This document shows, piece by piece, positions 14,077-28,700 of a stretch of DNA of 64,000 nucleotides (its first letter is position 1; every line of letters starts with the position of its first letter). The DNA is from Eledone cirrhosa (Eukaryota). The notes below the pieces were generated by a model. That model was given only the letters and a program-made list of their open reading frames with translations, was not told the origin of the DNA and ran no database searches. The stretch is from contig OZ024762.1 of the NCBI GenBank assembly GCA_964016885.1, positions 6,510,001-6,574,000 on the forward strand, given 5' to 3'. Both the position numbers and the translations under genes were made by a program.

Positions 14077-14421
14077 GGAGGCACATGGCTTAGTGGTTAG
14101 AGCATTGGCCTTGCAATCAAAAGGTTGTGAGTTCAATTCTCAGACCGGGTGATGTGTTGTTTCCTTGAGCAAGACACTTTATTTCACATTGCTTCAGTTT
14201 ACTCAGCTGTAGAAATGAGATGATAGGGACTGTACCCTGTCATTCCACTGTAAAGTGGTCGTGGAGGTGCCACAGCAAAAAAAGCACCCAGCACTCACTG
14301 TAAATGAGGTTGGTGTTAAGAAGGGCATCCAGCTGTAGAAATCAAGCCAGAATCAGTTCCCGTCCCACCCTTGCAAGCAGGGAAAAGCGGACGTAAAATG
14401 ATGATGACGATGATGATGATA
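14077..14421 (+). mobile_element. SINE family A (tRNA head, CORE-like centre, RTE-derived 3' end, (GAT)n tail)
   Basis: A box TGGCTTAGTGG, B box GAGTTCAATTC, CORE-like ccttgagcaagacacttta, 3' end gaagggcatccagctgtagaaa...ggacgtaaaatgatgatg. Confidence 0.88.
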
Positions 14422-14456
14422 TATATATATATATATACACACATACACATATACAG

Positions 14457-14500
<44 letters not shown>

Positions 14501-14659
14501 ACACACACATATATATATATACACACATATATATATAGATGCATTGCCAGAGAAAAGTCGGATAACAAGTCAAAGAACTTATGTAGATGTAGATGTAGAT
14601 TATTTTCAAATCGGATAACAAATGACAGAAATTTACTTAAGAATATATATATATATGTG

Positions 14660-14797
14660 GTGATGATGATGATGATGATGTAGTCGTTAGTGCTAAGGGA
14701 TAAGAAACAGCCCTTTCCCATTCTACAGGTCTTCTTTTTTTATTCTGAAGAATGAAAGAAGAGAGAACTAAAGACAAACAATAGATTCTGAGACCAG

Positions 14798-14833
<36 letters not shown>

Positions 14834-15090
14834 GTGGTGGTGATGATGATGATGATGATGATGATGATGGTGATGGTGGTGATGATGATGATGATGGTGA
14901 TGGTGGTGATGATGATGGTGATGATGATGATGATGAGATGGTGATGGTGAAAGAAGAGAGATAGAAGGAAGAGAAACTAAAGACAAACAATAGATTCTGA
15001 GACCAGAGGATGATGATGATGATGGTGATGATGATGGTGATGATGGTGATGATGGTGATCATGGTGATGATGGTGATGGTGATGATGATG
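14660..15090. repeat. Locally duplicated unique-sequence plus (GAT/GGT)n module; second copy at 16765-17235
   Basis: tagtgctaagggataagaaacagccctttcccatt..aaagacaaacaatagattctgagaccagagg is present in both blocks, and the gagaccagagg sub-module occurs twice in each. Confidence 0.85.
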
Positions 15091-16332
15091 GTACGGGGTT
15101 GATAAAATGAAGTACCAGTAATGCACTGGATTTGGTTTAATCAACTTTCCCCTCCCCGGAAATTGTTAACCTTGCACCTAAATCAGAAACAATTATTTAA
15201 AGTACCAGTAACACACTGGGGTCGATTTAATCGACTTTTTCCTTGCTCAAAATTGTTGGCCTTGTGCCCTAAATCAGAAACCATTCTGAACATTCACTAG
15301 ATTACGATGACCTCATTTGTCAGGTCACATGCCAAAGGTCAAGGAAGTAATACCAAATGTTTGGCAGAACTTTTCAATAGGTTCTTAAATTAGGCAAAAG
15401 AATGAAAATAATATGTTATTAAAGAAGAGAGGTTAGCTTGGCAAACTGTTTCAAATGCTAATTTGAGAGTTGAAAAGAAAAGCTTGGAGCTGAGCCAACA
15501 TTTGTAAAATGGGAAAGTTTATATAAATTAATTTGAAAACTGGTGAAGTGTACAATGACTTAGCATCATACACACACACACAAACACATACAATCATTTA
15601 ACCCTTTCATTACCACATATCTCATGAAAGACATTGCTTATGATTTTCAAAAAAAATTTTGAAAATAATCAGGAATTTGGAGAGATTTAGTCATTATTAA
15701 GCTTCTATTTAGAACATAACTTAAAGGTTGTTACATAAAATTATGATGGAAAGTTTTTAGATAAATATAAACAATTCTGTCACCATATTTATATTTTGAA
15801 AATTAACAAGAATTTGGAGGGATTTAGTCAATATTAAGCTTCTATTTAGAACATAACTTAAAGGCTCTTACATAAAATTATGATGGAAAGTTTTTAGATA
15901 AATATAAACAATTCTGTTACCATATTTATATTTTGAAAATTAACAAGAATTTGGAGGGATTTAGTAATACAATTACTAACTTTCTCATTATTAAGTTGGT
16001 GTTTGGAACATAACTTAATGTTTCACTATGATGAAACGTTTTTCAGATAGACATAAGCACTTTAAAATAAACAGCTTTGTACCCAAGAATCATGAGCAGA
16101 TTCAGACAGTTTGATATCATCAAAAGAGGTGAAAATAAGAAAATAAAATCTATTGGTCTGTGTGTCCATCAGACAGTTGCTATGGTGATGTAGAAATGAT
16201 TCTCTTCAGTCCTGTTGTTATCCAACTAAATATACCACCCACATAGATCTCGAGCAAGAGGAGCCCTCATTAGTGTTAAGGGATAAGAGAACCATTTTAC
16301 ATTCTATAGAGTTTTAGGATAGCTAGTATGTT

Positions 16333-16403
<71 letters not shown>

Positions 16404-17086
16404 TCATCATCATCATCATCATCAACGTTTAACGTCCGTGTTCCACGCTTGCATGGGTTTGGACGGGGGTAGTCCCACTTGAGGCAAGAGTGATTGTCTT
16501 GCTCGCATAGGACTGTCTGGCAGGTTTTCAACAGTTGGATGCCCTTCCTAACACCAACCACATTTACAGTGTGTGTCTGGGAGGTTTTTACCGTGTTGCC
16601 TACACGGCCACATTACAGCGTGGACCGTGTGTTTTTTTGTCGTGACACCTACACGATCTCATTTGTTTCGGCCTGGATGGCGCTGCACCAACATAACTTT
16701 ACATAGAACGGGGTGGTGTGGATCGGGTGGGGGTGTATATATATATATGGAAAACAGACACTAAATGATGATGATGATGATGATGTCATTAGTGCTAAGG
16801 GATAAGAAACAGCCCTTTCCCATTCGACAGGTCTTCTTTTTTTATTCTGAAGAATGAAAGAAGAGAGATAGAAGGAAGAGAAACCAAAGACAAACAATAG
16901 ATTCTGAGACCAGAGGATGATGATGATGATGATGGTGATGATGGTGATGGTGGTGATGATGATGGTGATGATGATGGTGATGGTGGTGATGATGATGGTG
17001 ATGGTGATGATGATGAGATGGTGATGGTGAAAGAAGAGAGATAGAAGGAAGAGAAACCAAAGACAAACAATAGATTCTGAGACCAG

Positions 17087-17119
<33 letters not shown>

Positions 17120-17329
17120 GTGATGATGGTGGTGACGATGATGGTGATGATGATGGTGGTGATGAGATGGTGATGGTGATGATGATGGTGACATGATGAT
17201 GATGATGATGGTGTTGATGAGAAGGTGATGGTGATGATGATGGTGATGATGATATGTCAAGAAAATAAACCCATGAGAGTATTCGGTTTATTTTCTTGAC
17301 ATAGTGTCCAGGCATGCAGTTTTTCCACG

Positions 17330-17398
17330 ATTAGGTCTGTTGGCGGCCCGCGTTCCAAAATACCTTATCCCGTGCAACACCGGGTACCACTGTTAGTG
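17330..17398 (+). mobile_element. Possible Helitron 3' terminus
   Basis: GC-rich hairpin cccgtgcaacaccggg followed about 10 nt later by gttagt, a degenerate CTAG|T. Confidence 0.4.
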
Positions 17399-18235
17399 AT
17401 TAGTAATAATAATAATGATTTCTTTAACAAATATTGAAAAATAAACTTCCGACAGGAACATTGTATAAAGAAGACATGAAATTCCTTTAAGTCTAAAGAG
17501 AATTTCTTCAATAAGATCAAGGAATAATTACAGTTTCTGATATTGCCTTAAAAGTGTTGATATTGCATGTAAGAACCTACATATTGGTTCTTTGAAATCT
17601 ACTGATCTCTCAGATCAAACCATATATAGATATATCACCCGCTGGAATATTGCTGTGGAACCTGGATATCAATAGAAATTTAACAATATCAATAAGAGAG
17701 GGCAGGCAGAGTGCACAGAAATATCTGAAATATAAATGGCATGGCTGTGTGGTAAGTTTGCTAGTTTGCTTTGTAACTATGTGGTTTGAGGTTCAATGTA
17801 TGCAAAAAGTAAATGGAAACAACAAAGCAATGTACAAAACACTGTACAATGAAGAAATATATTAGTTTAACACTTGATATAGTAGGAAAAGAGTCGCTAC
17901 ATTTCGGGCACTATATTATACATATATATATATCTCGTGAAATAGTCTTTTTAAGACTATATAGAGCATTTGTAGTTTTTCCAAATTGAAGGATAAGTAT
18001 TTAACCTTAATTTTATTCTGAGTTAAGACTATTGGTTTTTTCCCTGGATTTCACAAAATCTGTGGATAAAATTTTTGTCTTGACTTTTTTGGGAATTGAG
18101 TTTGAATTATTTTTCCATATCTTATGTTAAATATTTTCTATCTTGACGTTATAGTCACTTATATATTATGAAATACTGTTGGCTTCTTGCTCACATTAAT
18201 TTCTCTATTTTCATTTATATATATATATATATATA

Positions 18236-18383
18236 TAGAAGTGGTTACACAACAGTTAGTTCAACATACCGAGAACAATTGTTTCACCTTAGCGGATCCT
18301 TAGCTCGATTACAAGCTGAGGATCTGTTAAGGTGAAACAATTGTTCTCGGTATGGTGAACTAACTGTTGTGTTACCACTTCTA
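18236..18383. repeat. Long inverted repeat (70-bp arms, 8-nt loop), MITE-like hairpin beside (TA)n
   Basis: tagaagtggttacacaacagttag...ggatccttagct / cgattaca / agctgaggatc...gttaccacttcta, with 5 mismatches. Confidence 0.9.
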
Positions 18384-18540
18384 CCTAACTCGTCCCATGG
18401 ACTGAGTGCTCTACCACTACGGATATTACCTTCCAGTGTTCCACCACTATATATATATATATATATATGCATGTGTAAGTGTACGTGTGTATGTATGTAT
18501 ATACTCATGTTTGTATATATATATATATGTGTACATACAT

Positions 18541-18885
18541 GGAGGCACATGGCTTAGTGGTTAGAGCATTGGCCTTGCAATCGAAAGGTTGTGAGTTCAA
18601 TTCTCAGACCGGGTGATGTGTTGTTTCCTTGAGCAAGACACTTTATTTCACATTGCTCCAGTTTACTCAGCTGTAGAAATGAGATGATAGGGACTGGGGT
18701 CCCTATCATTCCACTGCAAAGTGGTCGTGGAGGTGCCACGGCAAAAAAGCACCCAGCACTCACTGTAAATGAGGTTGGTGTTAGGAAGGGCATCCAGCTG
18801 TAGAAATCAAGCCAGAACCAGTTCCCGTCCCACCCTTGCAAGCAGGGAAAAGCGGACGTAAAATGATGATGATGATGATGATGAT
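18541..18885 (+). mobile_element. SINE family A, full length
   Basis: Nearly identical to the 14077 and 23225 copies. Confidence 0.9.
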
Positions 18886-19240
18886 ATGTGTGAGTATAAG
18901 TATATGCGTGGGTATATGCTTATATATGTATGTGTATATTTTTATATATATATACATATACATTTATTATTTTCCCCTTTACATCACGTCCGTTATTTTA
19001 TTTCAGCTTTGCTTTCAATTGTTGTAGACTTTGTTTTGAAATCCAAATCTCACATCCATTTTAAATAAATTTTCATTCTGGCGAACGATTTCAGATGACT
19101 GTGTCAAGCTCATCTGTCTTCGTGAAACCTTTGGTAAATGGAATAATTGTCTTATGTTGTTTATTACATAGCTATATATATACATCTATCTATATCTATA
19201 TCTATATATATATATATATATAGGCATATATATATATATA

Positions 19241-19431
19241 GGCACATGGCTTAGTGGTTAGAGCATTGGGCTTGCAATCGAAAGGGTATGAGTTCAATTC
19301 TCAGACCGGGTGATGTGTTGTTTCCTTGAGCAAGACACTTTATTTCACATTGCTCCAGTTTACTCAGCTGTAGAAATGAGATGATAGGACTGGGGTCCCT
19401 ATCATTCCACTGTAAAGTGGTCGTGGAGGTG
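19241..19431 (+). mobile_element. SINE family A, 3'-truncated
   Basis: Head and core present; ends at gtggtcgtggaggtg. Confidence 0.85.
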
Positions 19432-19489
19432 TCAATTTAGCAGAGTCATTCAGGGACAATAAAAAAAGATGCAACCCAATGCTGGAAAA

Positions 19490-20015
19490 ACCATCTTTCT
19501 GCACTCCGAATTCTAATCCTACAGTAGTTTTCTATAAATATTTTTATAGGAATTGTTCTTATCAGCTTTTCTCTTTGTTGCCTCATCTTCACGAGTTTAA
19601 ACGGAGTACCAAATTTGTGGTTATGTCTTATTTCTTTGCGGTTGAAGTTTCTAAATGCAATCGCAAATTACATTCTGATAGTTTCTTCCTTCCCCCAACC
19701 CACTTTTTGGAATTCTCTTCCAGCTTTCCTGACCACAACAATTTGAACATTTCAAAAGCAACATCATCATCATCATCTCTCTCCTTGAATTGTGTTTTCT
19801 TTGTCTTCTCTTTTCCCTTTCTCAGTAGCCCCTAGCATTTTAGTGGCTTTATTGCCTTGCTTGGGGTCTCACCTATGGAATTCTTCTGCATTCTTGGACA
19901 GTACAATTTGTAAAATTTCAAAAGCAAAATCAACCATCGTCTTCTCTCTTCTTGAATTATATTTTTTCCGTCTTGTTCTTCTCCCTTTTCAGTAACCTCT
20001 AGCATTTTAGTGGCT
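19490..20015 (+). mobile_element. CR1-like LINE 3' fragment with duplicated tail
   Basis: Reads FYKYFYRNCSYQLFSLLP..RST..SDSFF..(L)WNSLP..FPDHNNLNI, a CR1-type C-terminus. The tail ttctcttttcccttttcagta.ccctagcattttagtggcttt is repeated. Confidence 0.6.
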
Positions 20016-20019
20016 TTAA

Positions 20020-20278
20020 CCCTTTAGTGTTCAAACCGGCCCAAACCGGCCAGAATTCTCTACCTCTTTCTGTTGAAACTGGCTGTAACTGATCGCTCAA
20101 ACTGATGTTAAGGTATTGTTTTCAAAATAAATACTTTCAAAATCTCATAGATTCGATATTATGTGAGATAATTATGTGAGGTAATTATGTGAGGTAATTA
20201 TGTGAGGTAATTATGTGAGGTAAAGCCTTTACCATTAATATATAATAGTATATATAAAATAATGTGAATGCTAAAGGG
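20020..20278 (+). mobile_element. piggyBac-like MITE (family A) with TTAA target-site duplication and CCCTTTAG TIRs
   Basis: TTAA|CCCTTTAGTGTTCA ... TGAATGCTAAAGGG|TTAA. Inverted copy at 23815-24024 and partial copy at 12668-12727. Confidence 0.8.
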
Positions 20279-20684
20279 TTAATGTCTTGTTGGACTTACG
20301 ATAATAATGTTATGGGTTTAATTCCTAGACTGGGTTGTGTGTTGTGTTCTTGAGCAAGACACTTCATTTCACATGGCTCCAGTATACTCAGCTGAAAATG
20401 AGTACCAACAATAGCTGGAGGTTTAACCCTGCGATCGATTGGAAACAGGGATAAGCATTGTCCTGGCGAGCCTCCAGGCTTGAAACAGACGTTAGACTTA
20501 GATTGTTTTGCTTGGGGTGAGTAAATTGATGGATGGACGGATGGATGGTAGAGGTGGCGTAATGGTATACAGCATTTTGTGGGTCTTTTTAAGCCTGGCA
20601 GACCCCCATCCCCTCTCCAGGTCTAAACACAGCAGATTTCGTCCAGAGAAGGATAGAAGGTGACAAAGAAATGTAGAAGAATTG

Positions 20685-20832
20685 ACCCCAGTACTAGACT
20701 GGTACATTTTTTCATCGACCATGAAAGGATGAAAGGCAAAGTTGACCTCGACAGGATTTGAACTCAGATAGCCAAAATGAATACTGCAAAGTATCCTATC
20801 TGACGTTCTAACAACTCTGCCAATTCGCTGCC
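20685..20832 (-). mobile_element. SINE family B-related copy
   Basis: ggatgaaaggcaaagttgacctcgacaggatttgaactcag. A similar composite lies at 54700-54905. Confidence 0.65.
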
Positions 20833-22754
20833 AAAATTAAAAAAACAAAAGTCCACTTAGCTTTTCATTGTTTTGGGGTTGATAAAGAAAGTAGCAGCCC
20901 AACACTGGTGCATCCCTCCCTTCCAACTATCACATCAGGTAACAACCTCATGCTAGATTGCAACTACTGGCAGCTCATGTTGACAATAGGTAGCATCTGC
21001 TAACAACCTAATGCTAGATTTTCACTGGTTCTGCCCTACAATTCTTACCAACATTGCTGGCATATCTTGCTCTCGTTTCTCCCCTCTCTTTCCTTGTCTC
21101 TCTCTAGTCTCTCTTTCTTTCTTGCTGTCTATCTCTCTTTCACTGTCTCTATTGCCGTGTCTCTCTATCTCTCTTGCTGTCTCTTTCTATCTCTTTCTCT
21201 CTTTCACTGTCTCTCTCTATCTCTCATGCCGTATTTTTCTATTTCTCTTGCTGTTTCTCTGTCTACCTTTCCCCCTCTCTCACTGTCTCTTTTTATCTCT
21301 CTCTCTCTCACTTTGTTGTCTTTTGGAATGAGCTTAAAGTTGTTTCTCGGAATGAAGATGGTGTGGCATAGAAACCAAAACGATAAAGATAATTGTGTCA
21401 TGTCAACTAAATACTTTTCTAATGTCTTTTAGATTCATAAAGTAAAGATTTCTAAAGCAAGTTCACCTAACCTTGTTATTCTGGAGAGAAGAATGTCATG
21501 ATCTCAGTGGTATATGAACCGATATCTTTTATTCTTGTATTCCTTTAATAGTTTCTGTCATTAGACTGTGGCCATGTTGGGGCACCACCTTACTGGTTTC
21601 ATATATGCTGGCCTCCCACACATACCTGTCCTTGTACGTAAGAGGAGAGTAAGATTTGCTGGCCACTGTCATCGTGCCACCTATGAGGCTGTCAGATCTG
21701 CATATTAGCAGACCCACTGACCAGCCAGATTTGCATATCAGCAGACAGGCCAGTCAGTGTCATGTACACGAGCGATTAAATGCCATATTCAAATAACTAA
21801 ATTCTCAATGCATCTTTTATCACTCTACATGGCTGAATACAAGAAATGTAAATCAGTCACTGTAGTATATTCCAGAAAATATCATATATTTTCACTAAAT
21901 CTGACAGTTGGCAGGTAAACGGTGTACGGTACTGATGAAGGATAATAACCCAGAAACATTAGTGTCTGCAGTTCTGTTTACATGCCAAGACAAGAGCAAG
22001 AATGATGGGGTCATTCTACTGACATGGCTTAAGAGGCTGTTTGCATAATTGCAAATGAATCGAATATTATTATTAATATTCGGAAAACTCAGATTTACAT
22101 TTCTCGTTTTCAGCCATGTAGATTGATAAAACTATTTGTTAGTTATTTGTCTATGACAAAGCCGGCCATTAATCACACGTATACATAAAACTGATTAGAT
22201 ATTAAATTTATATATTTAAACAATCAATAAAATCTCAGACCTTGCTGAGTGGAATGGAACTAGTGAAATTGAACCAAGGAAACAATGTTTCCATTGGTCT
22301 CTCCATTACTGATACTATCTGCTGGTTGCAGCTCCTGGCAGATTAAAAAAAATCAGTTTTGTATCAAAGAAGCAGGACTAATTAGAGGCAGTTTGGTCCC
22401 GAAATGGTTAATTTATCAAGATCTGAAGTCAAAATTGAACACCTTTTTATCTAAAACATAACTGATGTTTTACTAATTACAATTTACCAAAAGGAAAGGG
22501 GGTGGTGGAGGCAAGGAAAGAAATTCCAATTAAGATATTTTAGCTAAAAATAATTATAAGTTTACATAAATGTATGTGTGTGTTTACATGTTCATGTATG
22601 CACTTTTGTGCATGCATGCATGTGTGCGCATGTGTGTGTATTTGGTGCATAGTGAAACATAAGCCATTTTCTAAATTCCTAATGCATCTTATATCAAGAG
22701 AGAGAGAGAGAAATGGATATATATATATAGTGAGGCGGATAGAGGGAGAGATTT

Positions 22755-22830
<76 letters not shown>

Positions 22831-22850
22831 ACGGAGAGAGGGATAGATTT

Positions 22851-22891
<41 letters not shown>

Positions 22892-23224
22892 TATATATAT
22901 ATATATATATAAAGAGAGAGAGAAAGAGAGAGATGATAGAGGAGAAACCGAGAGAAGATGTAAATATATTTATAGCTAAGATTAAATAACTGTAGATGTA
23001 CATAGCAATATGTTATTGGAATCAGAAGCGGATAGCAATAGTGGAAAATAACTCCACTTAATAGTATATCTGAAAAGTAAACAATATTCATTAGAAGAGT
23101 TTATTAGTTCTTATGTCAGGTAAGAAATTCTTCAGAGTCTGCTAGTGTAAGCTTAAAACTAAAACAACTTAAGTGTGTATGTATGGAGGAGGGTTATTTT
23201 TAAACATTAAATATATATATATAT

Positions 23225-23583
23225 GGAGGCACATGGCTTAGTGGTTAGAGCATTGGCCTTGCAATCGAAAGGTTGTGAGTTCAATTCTCAGACTGGGTGA
23301 TGTGTTGTTTCCTTGAGCAAGACACTTTCTTTCACATTGCTCCAGTTTACTCAGCTGTAGAAATGAGATGATAGGGACCCCAGTCCCTATCATTCCACTG
23401 CAAAGTGGTCGTGGAGGTGCCACGGCAAAAAAAAAAAAGCACCCAGCATTCACTGTAAATGAGGTTGGTGTTAGGAAGGGCATCCAGCTGTAGAAATCAA
23501 GCCAGAATCAGTTCCCGTCCCACCCTTGCAAGCAGGGAAAAGTGGACGTAAAATGAAATGATGATGATGATGATGATGGTGAT
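23225..23583 (+). mobile_element. SINE family A, full length
   Basis: Same structure as the 18541 copy. Confidence 0.9.
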
Positions 23584-23814
23584 ATATATTTACACACACA
23601 CACATGCGCACACACATGCACACACGCATGCACACATACACATATGTTATAGAGTGGCAATTGTAGAAAATTATTCCACATAACTCATAACAGCCTTTAA
23701 TGATTTAGCAGAAAATATCTTAAAATGAGTTTGTTAATTCAAATGTTTATAGTACCTTATCAAGTGGGTAGATTGTTGTGAACATTTGTAGTATTATCTC
23801 AGAACATCCTTTAA

Positions 23815-24024
23815 CCTTTTAGCATTCACATTACTCTATATATACTATTATATTTTCATGGTAAAGGCTTTACCTCGCATAATTATCTCACATAATATTG
23901 AATCTATGAGATTTTGAAGGTATTTATTTTGAGAACAATACCTTAACATCAGTTTAAGCGACCAGTTACAGCTAGTTTCAACAGAAAAAGGTAGAGAATT
24001 CTGGCTGGTTTGAAGATTAAAGGG
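23815..24024 (-). mobile_element. piggyBac-like MITE family A
   Basis: TTAA at 23811-23814 and 24025-24028; reverse complement of the 20020 element. Confidence 0.78.
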
Positions 24025-24414
24025 TTAATGGTCTAGCAGAAAATATCTAAAAAATGAGTTTCATCATCATCATCATTTAACATCCACTTTCCCTGCTAGC
24101 AAGTGTTGGATAGGTCTAGATAGACCAAGTTAGCACTGAAGTAGGACTACTGACCTTCCAAGACAGGTTGGGAGGGGTCTGCCACTGATTTATATACAGT
24201 CTCACGCTCTACTGAGTGCAGAGGAAAGGCTGTCATGTCTTTGACACAACTGACGGTACCCCCCCCCCCCCCCCAGCCCTTTGTTTGGCAGTGGATGCCC
24301 TTCTTATCATCAACCACAGCATGTACTGGGTATTTTGATTGTGTAGATCAACACCAGGGAGGCTGTCATGTCTTTGACAAAACTAAAGGGTCTTTACTCT
24401 CTTCCCTCCCAACC

Positions 24415-25100
24415 CTTTGTTAATTCAAATGCTTATAGACAGATTATTGTGACAATTTGCAAGTATTAGAGTAGAGGCTTTTATTAATATTCAATGTGAT
24501 GTAGTTGATTATGGTAAAACAATGATGTGTATGTATGGCTGGTAATTGAATCTTAGCATATTGAATTGATTTGGCAAAAATATATAAAAAAAAAAACAGG
24601 TTTGTTAATTCAAATGTTTATTAAATCTTAACTAGTGGACAGGTCATCATAAACATTTGCAGGATTATCGTTTAACATCTGTAACCATTTAACAGAAAAT
24701 GCCTATAAAAGGATTTGTTAAGTCCAAATCTACTTGAGGATAGATTGTAGTAAAATTTTGCATTATTTGAAGAAAGGAGATGATTTTTTTTAATGTGATG
24801 CAATTATAGTGCTGTTTTGTACTTTTTAAGGATGCCTTGCTAATGTGCTTTCATGTAGTTTGTTAATTCAAATGTTTATAGTATCTTTATTAGTGGACAG
24901 ATCACAGTCAAAATTTGCAGTATTAGAGTAAAGACTTGAATTTTTAATGTGATGCAGTCATAGAGCTGTTTTGTACTTTTCAAGAATGCCATGCTAATGT
25001 GGTTTGTTAATTCAAATGTTTATAGTATCTTTATTAGTGAACTGATTGCAGTATTAGAGTAAAGACTTTAGTTTGTAATGTGATGCAACCATAGGATTGC
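24415..25100. repeat. Degenerate old tandem repeat of roughly 100-150 bp; related block at 57580-58150
   Basis: Recurrent tttgttaattcaaatgtttatagtatctttattagtggacaga..tttgcagtattagagtaaagac. Confidence 0.7.
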
Positions 25101-25434
25101 TTCGTACTGCAGTTTCTTGCAGTACAGGATGTTAGGAGTTAATAGTTTATCTGAAAAGTAAACAATATTCATTAGAACAGTTTATTAGTTCTTATGTCAG
25201 GTAAGAAATTCTTCATAGTCTGCTACGGCAAGCTAAAAAACTAAAACAAGCTAAGTGTGTACGTATGGAGGGGGGTTATTTTTAAACCTTCAACAAATAT
25301 CTTGTTCTAGCTTCATAGCACAGAGTTTATAAAGGAATGCTGGTAACTAGGTATGTAAGTGTGTGTGTTAGTAGAACAAAACACAAGCAACAAAGTTGAT
25401 AGCTTTATATATATATATATATATATGCGTGTGT

Positions 25435-25475
<41 letters not shown>

Positions 25476-25744
25476 TACATACAAGTATATTTGTATATAT
25501 ACACACACACACATATATATATATATATACATATATACACACACACATATATATATATACATACAAGTATATTTGTATATATATATATACACACATATAT
25601 ATACACACACATATATATATATACACACACACATATATATATATATGATACATTAGCCCTATTCTCGATGTAAATGGTGAGATAGTGTGTCAATGGAGTA
25701 CATAGAGAGGTAGATATCAATTTTGGTGGTAAGTACAGCATGAA

Positions 25745-28700
25745 GACACATTGTCCTGACTATGTGGCACACACACACACTAACACACACATATAGACAC
25801 ACTGTCCCGAGTATGTGGCACACACACACACTAACACACACATATAGACACACTGTCCCGACTATGTGGCACACACACACACACTAACACACACATATAG
25901 ACACACTGTCCCGACTATGTGGCACACACACACACTAACACACACATATAGACACACTGTCCTGACTATGTGGCACACACACACACTAACACACACATAT
26001 AGACACACTGTCCCGACTATGTGGCACACACACACACACTAACACACACATATAGACACACTGTCCCGACTATGTGGCACACACACACACACTAACACAC
26101 ACATATAGACACACTGTCCTGACTATGTGGCACACACACACACTAACACACACATATAGACACACTGTCCCGACTATGTGGCACACACACACACACACTA
26201 ACACACACATATAGACACACTGTCCCGACTATGTGGCACACACACACACACTAACACACACATATAGACACACTGTCCCGAGTATGTGGCACACACACAC
26301 ACACTAACACACACATATAGACACACTGTCCTGACTATGTGGCACACACACACACTAACACACACATATAGACACACTGTCCTGACTATGTGGCACACAC
26401 ACACACTAACACACACATATAGACACACTGTCCTGACTATGTGGCACACACACACACTAACACACACATATAGACACACTGTCCTGACTATGTGGCACAC
26501 ACACACACTAACACACACATATAGACACACTGTCCCGACTATGTGGCACACACACACACTAACACACACATATAGACACACTGTCCCGACTATGTGGCAC
26601 ACACACACACTAACACACACATATAGACACACTGTCCCGACTATGTGGCACACACACACACTAACACACACATATAGACACACTGTCCTGACTATGTGGC
26701 ACACACACACACTAACACACACATATAGACACACTGTCCTGACTATGTGGCACACACACACACTAACACACACATATAGACACACTGTCCTGACTATGTG
26801 GCACACACACACACTAACACACACATATAGACACACTGTCCCGACTATGTGGCACACACACACACTAACACACACATATAGACACACTGTCCCGACTATG
26901 TGGCACACACACACACTAACACACACATATAGACACACTGTCCCGACTATGTGGCACACACACACACTAACACACACATATAGACACACTGTCCTGACTA
27001 TGTGACACACACACACACACACTAACACACACATATAGACACACTGTCCTGACTATGTGGCACACACACACACTAACACACACATATAGACACACTGTCC
27101 CGACTATGTGGCACACACACACACACTAACACACACATATAGACACACTGTCCCGACTATGTGGCACACACACACACTAACACACACATATAGACACACT
27201 GTCCCGACTATGTGGCACACACACACACTAACACACACATATAGACACACTGTCCCGACTATGTGGCACACACACACACTAACACACACATATAGACACA
27301 CTGTCCCGACTATGTGACACACACACACACACACTAACACACACATATAGACACACTGTCCTGACTATGTGGCACACACACACACTAACACACACATATA
27401 GACACACTGTCCCGACTATGTGGCACACACACACACTAACACACACATATAGACACACTGTCCCGACTATGTGGCACACACACACACTAACACACACATA
27501 TAGACACACTGTCCCGACTATGTGGCACACACACACACACTAACACACACATATAGACACACTGTCCCGACTATGTGGCACACACACACACACTAACACA
27601 CACATATAGACACACTGTCCCGACTATGTGGCACACACACACACTAACACGCACATATAGACACACTGTCCCGACTATGTGGCACACACACACACTAACA
27701 CGCACATATAGACACACTGTCCCGACTATGTGGCACACACACACACACTAACACACACATATAGACACACTGTCCCGACTATGTGGCACACACACACACT
27801 AACACGCACATATAGACACACTGTCCCGACTATGTGGCACACACACACACACTAACACACACATATAGACACACTGTCCCGACTATGTGGCACACACACA
27901 CACACTAACACACACATATAGACACACTGTCCCGACTATGTGGCACACACACACACACTAACACACACATATAGACACACTGTCCCGACTATGTGGCACA
28001 CACACACACTAACACACACATATAGACACACTGTCCCGACTATGTGGCACACACACACACTAACACGCACATATAGACACACTGTCCCGACTATGTGGCA
28101 CACACACACACACTAACACACACATATAGACACACTGTCCCGACTATGTGGCACACACACACACACTAACACACACATATAGACACACTGTCCCGACTAT
28201 GTGGCACACACACACACACTAACACACACATATAGACACACTGTCCTGACTATGTGGCACACACACACACTAACACACACATATAGACACACTGTCCCGA
28301 CTATGTGGCACACACACACACTAACACACACATATAGACACACTGTCCCGACTATGTGGCACACACACACACTAACACACACATATAGACACACTGTCCC
28401 GACTATGTGGCACACACACACACTAACACACACATATAGACACACTGTCCCGACTATGTGGCACACACACACACTAACACACACATATAGACACACTGTC
28501 CCGACTATGTGGCACACACACACACTAACACACACATATAGACACACTGTCCCGACTATGTGGCACACACACACACTAACACACACATATAGACACACTG
28601 TCCCGACTATGTGGCACACACACACACTAACACACACATATAGACACACTGTCCCGACTATGTGGCACACACACACACTAACACACACATATAGACACAC

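Noticed and set aside
18541-18615. tRNA gene
   Set aside because: A and B boxes are present but there is no complete cloverleaf or terminator. It is the head of a multi-copy SINE.
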